Shown here: one piece after another, positions 49,101 through 57,269 of the stretch
Layout of the letters: each line of letters starts with the position of its first letter
Position numbering within the stretch: the first letter of the stretch is position 1
DNA from: Caecitellus pseudoparvulus
Taxonomy: Eukaryota > Protista > Bigyra: Bicosoecida
DNA: 64,000 bases
Direction: 5' to 3'
Assembly: GCA_965644315.1 (NCBI GenBank)
Contig: CBFFRQ010000029.1
Span: 248,001 to 312,000 of the forward strand
The notes under the pieces: model-generated
What the model saw: only the letters and a program-made list of their open reading frames with translations
Told to the model about the DNA's origin: nothing
Database searches by the model: none
Position numbers and translations under genes: made by a program

Positions 49101-52100
49101 CGTAGTCCAGGTTCGTGGTGGCCACTGTGACGGTATAGGTGGCGGAGCCAGCAACTACGGCTGGGGTGCCGATGGTGATGCCCAGGGCGGAGGAGCCGGG
49201 CTGCAGGACATCATCAGAGTCCTTCAGGGGTGCCCACATAGGATCAGTGGAGGTGACAACGATACGAGCCTTCAGTGCGTCGGCTTGGTGCTGAATGCTG
49301 CCATCTCTCAGCACGACGTCAAATGTGGCGTTAACGGTGGGCTCGCCTTCCAGCACTGTAATGTAATGGTCCCGGGAGCCCTCTGCGAAGGCATCCACAG
49401 TGATGGGCCCAGCTGCTTCACGCACAGCAAGGGGGACGGGCACTGTGCGGGGGACAGCCTGGTCGCACAGGCGCGCAGCTAGCTGCAAATCCAGATCTGG
49501 CCTTGAGCCAGCTCGCAGCGTGGCAAGCAAGGTTGCGTTCACGGGCTCCGCATCGCTGCCTGCCATGGCACTGGCCAGCAACTTGTACGAAACGCCGGAT
49601 GGGAGAGACAGCGTGAATGTAGCCGTGCCAGCTTCCGGGACCTCCACTGCTGTCTGCACGGTTGGGATGGCCAGGGCGCCTTCATCGTTGAGGGCTTCAA
49701 TGGTGGAGATCAAGTTCAGCTGAGGCACGTCCGATGCACTGGCAAAGTCGTCGTCCAGGGCAGTGAGTCTTGCCACCACTTGCCCCGGTGGGCTGTCCTC
49801 CAATGGACTTGGGGCTTCGTCCGCAAGTGGCTCATTCACACTGAGCGAGGAGAGCCAGGAGTGTGAGAGGGTGAAGTCAAGCACGTTGACACCGTGGTCG
49901 CTGGTGATGGCGACTTGCTTGCCTTCGGTGCGAACGTCTCTTCCCAGGTTCTCACTCTCCGTACTCGCCACAAGCAAGTATGAGCCATCGGGCATGCTGT
50001 CCATCCCGAGTGCATGCGCGGGTGCTGACTCGCTTGAGTGAAGGAGGGGGTCAAGGAAAACGGCAACAGCACCCGCACCTTCAATCTCTTCACCCAGGAG
50101 CTCGGGTGTGAAGTCCATCATTGGAAGCAGCAGATCGAGCTCGGCAGAGCCCCCTACATCGCCAACAACGGGCGCTTGATCGCCCACACGCAGGTAGTCC
50201 TGACCCCCAAAGATACCAACAACGCCAGCGGGCAGGCTGCCAGCTTCCAGGAACACTGTGCTCGCCGAGGCCGGGCCAAAGTTCAGCCCACCTGCGCCTG
50301 CGTCGACGATGTACACCGCACCTCTGTCATCACCCCCATCCTGGCTGGCCATGCAGTTGCTCCCAGGCGCGGATGCAATGAAGCGTGGCACGGCAGATGC
50401 CGCGAAGCTGGAGACGTCAATTTGCCCGCTGCCCATCTCGGACTCTTCGCAGCTGCCAACAAGCACCATCACGCCGTTCGGCAAATCGTCCAGATCGATG
50501 GGTACATGAACCGTGTCTTCCTCCGGACCGAGCAACGAGTCGTGAACAAGGACAATGGACCCAGCAGGACTCTCGTCCTCTAAAGCGCCCCGCCTTCGCG
50601 CAAAGTCTGGGGAAAGGAGCACAAGGTCGTTGGCCCCGTTTCCATCAACATCAGCCACCTGGAAGCTGCGGCCGGCCAGATAAGCGTCTTCAGCGACACC
50701 CACAATCCTCACAAGCCCTGACTGACTGTCAGTGCCATCGACAGTCACGACAGCGCCCATGCTGCCTTCGATGAGCGCCGGGTGCAAGATGTAGACACCC
50801 CCTGCCTTGTTGCGTGCCTCATCGTCAAGTTCACTGGGCCCAAGCACGAGTGCTGTCTGACCGGGAGACCCCAAGAAGGCGACATCCAAGGTGTACTCGA
50901 TTTCGGACGCATCATCTGCCACGGGGAGCACAAACGTCGCAATGCCGGCTGTGCCGCTTTCGTGGTCCAGCTGGACAGGTGAATCTCCTTGTTCCCCGCC
51001 CGCAATACTTGGCACTTCTGCAATGTAAACTGCGCCAGGAGTCGCACTTGTACCTGCTGCTTCGAATGGCGTGCTCATAATGAGACGAGGTCCATCGCCA
51101 AAGTCGTGCACTCGCTCAAGCCGAAGAACTGCGCCCTGTGACTCAGCACCAAGGAAGCCGGTAACCCCAGCAGGAAGGGAGGCACTCTGGAAGACGATAT
51201 TGCTGCCTGACTCCAGATCGTTCAGCACAGCCGGGTGAATGACGAACACCCCCCCCACAGCCGCGTCAGCTGTGCCTAACAGCAGGTTCGGGTACGATAG
51301 GACTAATGCGCGTGCCCCACCTTCGCCGAGGGCTGCAATGAGGTGCTCCTCTTGTCCAAGAGAACCCTGGTCGCCGCTTCCAAGGAGAAGCAGAACACCT
51401 GGTAGGGCTTCCGAAGCAGAGATGATTGAAATCGTGGACCCTGACTCTGTTGGAGGATCAGGCAAACCGCGAGAGCACAAAGCAGCGACAGCGCCCACGT
51501 TTGAAGCGGAGTCAGAGTTGAAACTGGGCGTTCGAACAACGACATCAAGCAGATCGTCGTCATCCAGCAGCTCGAGAGTGACGCCCCCTTCACCAAGTTT
51601 GTCGTCTTGGGCGCCAGCCCCAAAGGCAAGCGTCTGTTTCGGCAGGGCAGCGGGGTCGATTTCCACCACATCCTCCTCTGTGGCCAGTTGTGCAATAAGA
51701 TCCCACTTGACCAGGAACACAGCGCCAGCTTGGCTTTTCAAGACCCCTCCAGGCAGCGAAAGGGTGGTCTTGGAGCTCTGCAGCACGAGGTCTAGCCCGG
51801 TGCTGCCATGAAAGATGGACCCCCAAAGCGTCGGGCCGTGAGCCAATTTGACATCGGTGGATATGCCCACAAATCCAAACACCCCTGGGGCGTGAACGGA
51901 GCGGTCCAGCACAATGGCAGGGTGGGTGCTACCTGATTCATGTGGGACGACCGTTGGGATCTTCACAAAGAACACGCCTCCACGCCCACTGGCGAGGCTG
52001 TCCGATTCAACGAGAAGCGCATCAAGCGTCGCATTGAGTGACACACGGGACACTCTCTTGCCTCCTCTTTTCGCACCGGCGCCCACAGCACCGAAAATGT

Positions 52101-52650
52101 ACGGCGGCAGGTTTGCCGGGTCCAGCTCCACGGCGCGGGATCGTGAGCTGTCAGAGAGAAGGGCTGCCACATCCAGAACGACGAAGACGCCCTCATCTTC
52201 ATCGCGGATGAGGAGGTCTACCGACGGGCCGTCACTGAAGTTGCCAGCCTGGACCTCGGCAAACCCAAGGCTCTGCGCTCCATAAATGGCCAACACGCCG
52301 TCCGGAAGGTGTTGGGTTGGGTCCATATCCTTGAGCACGCTCCCTCCAGGCGTTTGAGCGTGAGAGAACCTTGACATGACGACATAGATCACACCGCGGT
52401 TGCTGCTCCCTCCAACATTGCCGGAGGCTGAGCGCATGGTGTGGTCGGGCTTCCCGTCCCCATCCACGTCGCCGAGGGGTTCGTGGATGAGCTCTGGATC
52501 AGTGCCAGCATCGGGAACCTGGAAGCGGCGATTGTTCGAAAGCGTGGCATTCGTATCCACTGAAGTGATCTTGGGTGGACAGTCTGGGGCGGATGCCACG
52601 GCGGCACCTGAGGCGGCGTGAGTGAGGAGAGCAATGCCGTGCCGCCGCAT
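46144..52650 (-). CDS. Giant type I membrane protein: N-terminal FG-GAP (integrin-alpha-propeller-like) repeats + tandem cadherin-like repeats + TM + short tail; intronless
   Basis: DVDGDGKPD, DVDGNGANDL, GAVFLV/GAVYIV repeats; cadherin signatures LDYE/FDYE/FDFE, DVNEEP, DANDPP, DVNEAP, VEENSAVGTVVG, DEDGD; TM LIATGIGVALVAALVVVVIIFLAY; start uncertain (ORF open to 52716). Confidence 0.82.
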   Translation of the reverse strand: MRRHGIALLTHAASGAAVASAPDCPPKITSVDTNATLSNNRRFQVPDAGTDPELIHEPLGDVDGDGKPDHTMRSASGNVGGSSNRGVIYVVMSRFSHAQTPGGSVLKDMDPTQHLPDGVLAIYGAQSLGFAEVQAGNFSDGPSVDLLIRDEDEGVFVVLDVAALLSDSSRSRAVELDPANLPPYIFGAVGAGAKRGGKRVSRVSLNATLDALLVESDSLASGRGGVFFVKIPTVVPHESGSTHPAIVLDRSVHAPGVFGFVGISTDVKLAHGPTLWGSIFHGSTGLDLVLQSSKTTLSLPGGVLKSQAGAVFLVKWDLIAQLATEEDVVEIDPAALPKQTLAFGAGAQDDKLGEGGVTLELLDDDDLLDVVVRTPSFNSDSASNVGAVAALCSRGLPDPPTESGSTISIISASEALPGVLLLLGSGDQGSLGQEEHLIAALGEGGARALVLSYPNLLLGTADAAVGGVFVIHPAVLNDLESGSNIVFQSASLPAGVTGFLGAESQGAVLRLERVHDFGDGPRLIMSTPFEAAGTSATPGAVYIAEVPSIAGGEQGDSPVQLDHESGTAGIATFVLPVADDASEIEYTLDVAFLGSPGQTALVLGPSELDDEARNKAGGVYILHPALIEGSMGAVVTVDGTDSQSGLVRIVGVAEDAYLAGRSFQVADVDGNGANDLVLLSPDFARRRGALEDESPAGSIVLVHDSLLGPEEDTVHVPIDLDDLPNGVMVLVGSCEESEMGSGQIDVSSFAASAVPRFIASAPGSNCMASQDGGDDRGAVYIVDAGAGGLNFGPASASTVFLEAGSLPAGVVGIFGGQDYLRVGDQAPVVGDVGGSAELDLLLPMMDFTPELLGEEIEGAGAVAVFLDPLLHSSESAPAHALGMDSMPDGSYLLVASTESENLGRDVRTEGKQVAITSDHGVNVLDFTLSHSWLSSLSVNEPLADEAPSPLEDSPPGQVVARLTALDDDFASASDVPQLNLISTIEALNDEGALAIPTVQTAVEVPEAGTATFTLSLPSGVSYKLLASAMAGSDAEPVNATLLATLRAGSRPDLDLQLAARLCDQAVPRTVPVPLAVREAAGPITVDAFAEGSRDHYITVLEGEPTVNATFDVVLRDGSIQHQADALKARIVVTSTDPMWAPLKDSDDVLQPGSSALGITIGTPAVVAGSATYTVTVATTNLDYEALAGALADFTTSSAPDIVLDFVVQFEVLPGVWGAASEPATLTLSNAVEPPASITGSDIAVTENVEQEFPGAVSYPMVSVWDSIGLTFHVISTIDSNNTGSTMADGRRALDVSLVAMTASDVTTSSASISAGAIDTEALQAHAGVNLMAPDHPETFFFPIKFVACGPSSCVESQQHDLIVTDVVEPELEIQSFPQSLTYTVDEATLGPVTPVVQDFYIRLHDLNRPGNLLDFTLTLAGPSGGTVPEPLQGLTASCGTFSHTSANAYVEATCSIDTADASWDLEALRLAVEGTVTSPSPLTGQHYSVEGALGEAPLRVVVSSSIPEQDNAQGPAYDVLVADMDEDPLELALDEAELFTCLEGVDTAQIMMVVPGYDPDFSLETVDGFGTFSVRPEDVTITTSFGSTSLPTLTTTAAVTGPHDISNKGTRFNVVILCGAHLDFEALVAASSQSPSAGLLHLPTLSHDLTVPLYDYIGGGAIQPIVTTVTGGQFGDVNEEPIPSGALRSRAFTVVENGDPGAPLGQLTAFHVDAGDSLSSVVVHSPGDSLAAELTSAGVWALLAVKGFDYEATSPWQGGAAGHQERRLPVAFNVNDPCGAVSVPGAATADFSNNDTYMGANQVPPNISHAAAPTPPEGSRVVPFCVELTDDGDNLDAAGGAKTTLVPAYLYILDANDPPKLANTNPDPDGEPTYTDHFMLAENSDVGVPFGVIRVADEDGDELNSIQVLGVGSEHFEFVHTGTIWRVHAKTRFDFENPPARPDGSERSNTWELLVLLTDSPAEETPASQGVLVTVTIEDVNEAPTYTGPSTFTVEENSAVGTVVGALTFTDPEGHAVTATLSPASAPFALVATGTGYDLTTAGVLDWESGTTQYTLTLSGQDAGSPAQPVSASMVVNVANVEEAAPSPAAPAAAATSKAKKDGNLIATGIGVALVAALVVVVIIFLAYRAGHCSGCKRGYTNMDTEGRAEPSATAPERDGSDSAVAWA

Positions 52651-53990
52651 TGCAGCTGCAGCGGAGGGCACGCTACGCACCAAGCAGAGCCGCAGCCAAG
52701 AGCAGCACGGGTGCAACGGATTTCATGATCATTCAAAGCGGTGCCAGGTGGATTCGTGTACCTCGCAGCGGGCAGGGTCGGAGCGCAGGCAGCAGCATGT
52801 GTTTGTCGCTGCCGCCGGTGGGGAACGAGGTTCTCCGAGGCCGGCACAGGCGCGGGCTCTGCACAGCGCCAACGAAGGAAGCCTGCAAAGGGACCCTTAG
52901 GCAGGAGAAGGGGAGTTTGGATTATGCGAGCCCGCGTGCTCGGCGGGAGCTGTGCTGCGTCCCCCCCAGCCGGGCTCTGTGTGGCACCTGCCGAGCGAAG
53001 GATCTCAACAACCTCGCACGGCGAGCGTGCAGCCGGGTGGCGTTCGTCGCATGACAGGCCCAATCTCATGCTCAACCCAACGTCATCACATCAATGGCCT
53101 GGTTCATGACCGTGAGCGGGGCTGTCTAAGGCTTGCGGCGTGTGCAGGCAGTGGTGGTTGCGGGAGTTGGAGGTGAAACGGCCAGGTGCATGTGCAGTGC
53201 AGCACCACTTCCTCCACGACGACCTGTTTGATGCTCACGACAGCAATTGCAGCCATGACAACGAGGGGCTGCTTGAAGTAATGTTAAAGGCTGCCAGGGA
53301 CCAGCGGTTCACTTGGACCCGCCCCAACTGCACAGTAGCACGAGGGTCTACGATGGACATGTGCCCAGGGATTGGCTGACGGGGAGAGCCATCTTCTCTG
53401 ACAGACGTGGGTGTGGATACAGGCTGGGATGCCAATCAGTGACGGATCGTGGGGTGCGCTTCTGCGAAGGGCACTGGCCAGGTAGCTCTCGCAGAGCTGG
53501 CGCGGAGGGTGTGCAGCCCAGCTCCTGCCTCGCCTACTTGCCGCAGCGCCGTATTCTCAGGAGGCGCAGCCTGCACGGCGAGTCAGCTGTCTCATGGCGG
53601 ACTTCCACCCCCCCCAGAGTCTCCCGCTTGAGAATGCAGCAGTGCTCCGCTCGTGGGCGCGTTTCCATGGCACATCCCTTGCGAGCAATGCTTTCACGAG
53701 TCCGCTCCACAGCCGTCTCCTTCACAAATCCCCCCCCACCACCTACGTGCGTGCAGGTGCACACGGCCCCCTTTGTCTAGGCAGGGCGCCAGCGGGATCT
53801 TGTGGCCAGGCATTCCTTGCCTGCTGTGCACGGCGGCAGTGGTCGTGCGCCCTTCTCGCTGGGTGGAGGGCCAGAGCGGAGGAAGTCCTCGTACGCGATG
53901 GCGGGTGAGGCTGACGACCATGTGGGTGTGCTTGGGGCGTCCAGCTGTGAGGGGGCGTGTCAAACACCCGCCGACTCCCGCTCTGCGCAG

Positions 53991-54751
53991 GTGAAGGGGC
54001 TGATAGAGCAAGCTCGGCTGCAGTACAAGTGCGTTGGCGTGCAGGTGCAGTGCAGGAGGCTTGCGCAATTACCGCAAGTGTGCGGCGCTTGCGCAGGTCC
54101 CAGGCGCTGGAGGCGATTGCGAAGGCCAAAGCAGACACCAAGCGAGCCATGCAGGCGGAGCTGGACGCAGCGAGGGCCTCTGCGACGGCACAGATTGCTG
54201 CCCTTCGGCACCAGCTGGCGAACGAGCGGCAGCGTGGGGATGTGATGCTGAAGCGGTCCCTGGAGGCGTTGGTTGAGCAGCTGAAGGAGGCGGCGAGTGC
54301 GGGCAAGCACAGCTCTGGCTCACGCCCTGCTCAGTGGAACGGCGCTGCGCTGTTGAAGGTGGTGCGGTCGTGCGCCAATGCGGTGTACAGCCAGCTGAAC
54401 TCTGCGGGGGGCGGGCAGGTACAGGACAGCACCCTGGACGCCGAGGACGCCAAGCGGCTGGGGCTGCGGGGCAAGGGCGTGACGATGCTGGGGGGAGGGA
54501 TGGCGTCTGTCCCTGCCTCGGCGGCTGCGGAGCTGCTGGGGGAGGGGGCGGGGTCGTCGCCGTGGCCGCCTTGCCCCGGCAGTCTGAAAGATGCAAATGT
54601 GCTGGGTAGGTTTGCTAGCCGAGCTCACAGCCTGCAAGGAGTGCGGGGGAGACACCAGGAAAGTGTGATCGAGCTTGGTTTGTGTATTGAAAGCTGCTCA
54701 CGAGTTTCGCTGGTTTGTTTCCGCTGTCACTTGGGCACGTCATACAGATAG
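53991..54751 (+). CDS. Small spliced coiled-coil protein of the duplicated cassette (copy 1); 5' end unresolved
   Basis: Introns 53905-53990 and 54029-54096 give RWR|VKGLIEQARLQYK|SQALEAIAKAKADTKRAMQAELDAARAS...; differences between copies are mostly synonymous in this frame. Confidence 0.55.
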
Positions 54752-54761
54752 CCGGCGCGTG

Positions 54762-56870
54762 CTACTCGAAGTAGAAGAAGGGGCCCATCGACGGGAATCC
54801 GCCCATTCCGCCCATCATGGGATGCCCCATCGGGACAACCACGGCATGTCCGCCCATGCCCGCCCCGTGCAGAACAAGAGGGTGTCCGCCCATCCCCACC
54901 GCCATTGGGAGGCCCAAGTGAACCACGCCACCGCGCTCCCGCCTTCGGTTACGCAGTTGACGTACTTCTTCTTGGTGCCTGCGTTCTTGGGCTGCTTTCA
55001 GCCGCTCTTGCTCTTCTTGTTCACGCTTGTTTCGCTCGCGGATTTCAGCAAGCTCTTTCCTTCGCCGGGCATCTGCTTCAGCCTGCTTGATTGCCTTCGC
55101 CGCCTCGGCTGCTCGTGTCTCTGCGCTTTCCAGAGCTTCCATGCACCGGGTATGGTCTCGCGAGACTGCTGAAGCTGCTTGGCTAAGGGCAGTTCTGACA
55201 GCAGCCTCTGACGCCTGCCAAACTGCTCGCAGGAAGGGCTGCTCGAGGGAGGCGTGCTGAGCCCAGGTGGGCACCTCCACACTTGGGATGCTTTGGCCAT
55301 CAACACTGACAGTGTGCACGCCAAGGGAGGACAAGCGCCGACCCAAGGACTGCTTGACCCACGCGGGAGCGACGCATTTGCTGCGGATTGGCAGCTCATG
55401 TCCGCCTCCAGTGCACCATGGGTTCGGATCGCCTGCCGCTCCGGGGTGAGTGGCAAATCGAAGCTGCTGAATGTCCCGTGTCAAGCGTTTCAGGCGCTGT
55501 TGCGCCTTTGAGACAGCTGCAGATGCTTTGTGTTGAACTTCGGCTTTCGCAACTTCCGAATAGTGAGCAGTTTGCTCTCGGACGGCTTGCGAGATGAGTG
55601 CCCAGGCGTACTCTGATGCGGCTGATCTCATGCGCTGGCACCCCGCTGGGGAACCAGTCACCATTTTGTGCAAATGTGTGACTCGGTCGCAGACACCTTG
55701 GGTCGGTGTTGCCATCACCAACAAGGCATGGATGCCTTCGAAGGTATCCATGAATGGGCAAGTTGTGCTGCCCTGCAAGGCCTTTGTGATGCTCTGTCTG
55801 CCCGGTTCTGCAACAGCAGCACGGCGAAGCAGGACATGCGCAGGGTATTCTTGTGCAAGACAGGTAAGTTCGACGAGTTTTTGTTCTAGCTCAATACAGG
55901 CGTGCTCAAGTCGGGCTTGGGCAGCAGCTTCCTTCAGAACCTCCCCAAGGCTTTTTGAGCAGTGCTGTCCACTCCTTCGCCATGTTCGAACTGCCTGGGC
56001 GAATGCTTGCATGAGACCACCAACTTGGCTGGCTGATATACTGTCCCAGAGACCATCTCCATCTGAGTCGGCCTGGGCACACGCACCAATGGTGGTGCGA
56101 AACGAAACCCAAGGCCCCTTGTCAAGGCTGGCTTCCCTCAGGTCTGGGAGTGTCCACAACCTCACGCTGCTGAAGACTTGAGAAGCGTGCAGCCTGATTT
56201 GGTTTCGCTGTTTCGCTGATGGGGATTGTGCAGCCTCCAAGTTCAACACGCGGTCAGAGAGGCTCCGGTCTGAGCCTGTTGCACCAGCTCCTGAAAAACG
56301 GTAGTCTCTTAGCACAATGTGCAGGTGTCCCAGCTGTCCTCCGAAGCCTGTCAAGTGTGCAACTTCGGCTGTCGACTCGAGCAAGTAGCTCACCTGCTTC
56401 AGGATGTGATCCCGTCCGACACTGGTGCAGTTTAGGATGATATTGGAGCACAGCGGCAGGAGAGGCACAACTAACGTCCAGTCATGGTCGTCACCATTGT
56501 TTCCCCAGCCCTCGAGGTCGAGGAGCGCTGTTGCCCGGCTTCCCTCAGTTTTAGGTTTGCACACACGGCAGCCTTTGGTGCAGCTTTCCGCCGAGTGCCC
56601 AACAGTGAAGGGGCCAGACATGGAGCCTGTGTGGAGGAAGTTGAGGAGGGAGGACTTGCCGCTGCGCATGTCTCCGATTGCGCACGTCAGCCCAAGCCGC
56701 GTTTCAGGATCTGAGCTGCCCTGCAGGAGTTGGACACCCGCCTCATGCATCTCGGGGTCTCCAGCTTCGTTGACAGACATGAGGAGTACGTCAGCTTCTG
56801 GAGCCTCGCAGCGTCTCCATGTGCCATCCACACTCGCCCATTTCATGCTTCGTGGGGACTCCGCGGCCAT
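54762..56870 (-). CDS. GBP/atlastin-family (dynamin superfamily) large GTPase A, copy 1
   Basis: G1 GDMRSGKS, G2 FTVGHSAESCTKG, G3 LLDLEG, G4 IVLRD; helical/coiled-coil C-half; Gly/Met/His tail; intronless; likely ATG 56870. Confidence 0.85.
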   Translation of the reverse strand: MAAESPRSMKWASVDGTWRRCEAPEADVLLMSVNEAGDPEMHEAGVQLLQGSSDPETRLGLTCAIGDMRSGKSSLLNFLHTGSMSGPFTVGHSAESCTKGCRVCKPKTEGSRATALLDLEGWGNNGDDHDWTLVVPLLPLCSNIILNCTSVGRDHILKQVSYLLESTAEVAHLTGFGGQLGHLHIVLRDYRFSGAGATGSDRSLSDRVLNLEAAQSPSAKQRNQIRLHASQVFSSVRLWTLPDLREASLDKGPWVSFRTTIGACAQADSDGDGLWDSISASQVGGLMQAFAQAVRTWRRSGQHCSKSLGEVLKEAAAQARLEHACIELEQKLVELTCLAQEYPAHVLLRRAAVAEPGRQSITKALQGSTTCPFMDTFEGIHALLVMATPTQGVCDRVTHLHKMVTGSPAGCQRMRSAASEYAWALISQAVREQTAHYSEVAKAEVQHKASAAVSKAQQRLKRLTRDIQQLRFATHPGAAGDPNPWCTGGGHELPIRSKCVAPAWVKQSLGRRLSSLGVHTVSVDGQSIPSVEVPTWAQHASLEQPFLRAVWQASEAAVRTALSQAASAVSRDHTRCMEALESAETRAAEAAKAIKQAEADARRRKELAEIRERNKREQEEQERLKAAQERRHQEEVRQLRNRRRERGGVVHLGLPMAVGMGGHPLVLHGAGMGGHAVVVPMGHPMMGGMGGFPSMGPFFYFE

Positions 56871-57269
56871 TCTGCAGTTCTCCTCGCTTCCGGCAACTGG
56901 TCGTGCTATCAAGTCTCTTGAACTTCTTTCGAAACGCACGCCAGCCCAAAGCTGCCTATGCGTTGGAAACACAAGTAACAGGCAGCGCATTGTTGGCAGT
57001 TAGATTTGGACGGTGGAGGTTGTTGTGTGCTTGCATCCTGTCAGCCTGAATGACATCTTTCCAGCTGGCATTGCCGGCAACTTGCAGTTGGACCCCCCCT
57101 GCTCTGAGGGGGCAGGGGGTGCGTTGGGCACACCATCCCACAGCAGCTTCTGTGTATCACACAACCCATTCATCTGGACATCTCGGATTCGAAGAATACC
57201 GGCCATCTACGCTGCATCCCCAGTCCTACAATCGCGCGTGATCCAGCTCATTTTTTCTCCCCGGTCCAC
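56871..57269. promoter_or_regulatory. Probable bidirectional promoter between the divergent GTPase genes
   Basis: ~400-nt gap between head-to-head ATGs with central palindromes CCAGCTGG and TTGCCGGCAA and a CCCCCTGC..GCAGGGGG inverted repeat. Confidence 0.5.

Noticed and set aside
52717-53590. Short ORFs between the receptor and the array (e.g. 53140-53379, 53235-53435)
   Set aside because: No recognisable motif or consistent splice model; could be a decayed gene but unsupported
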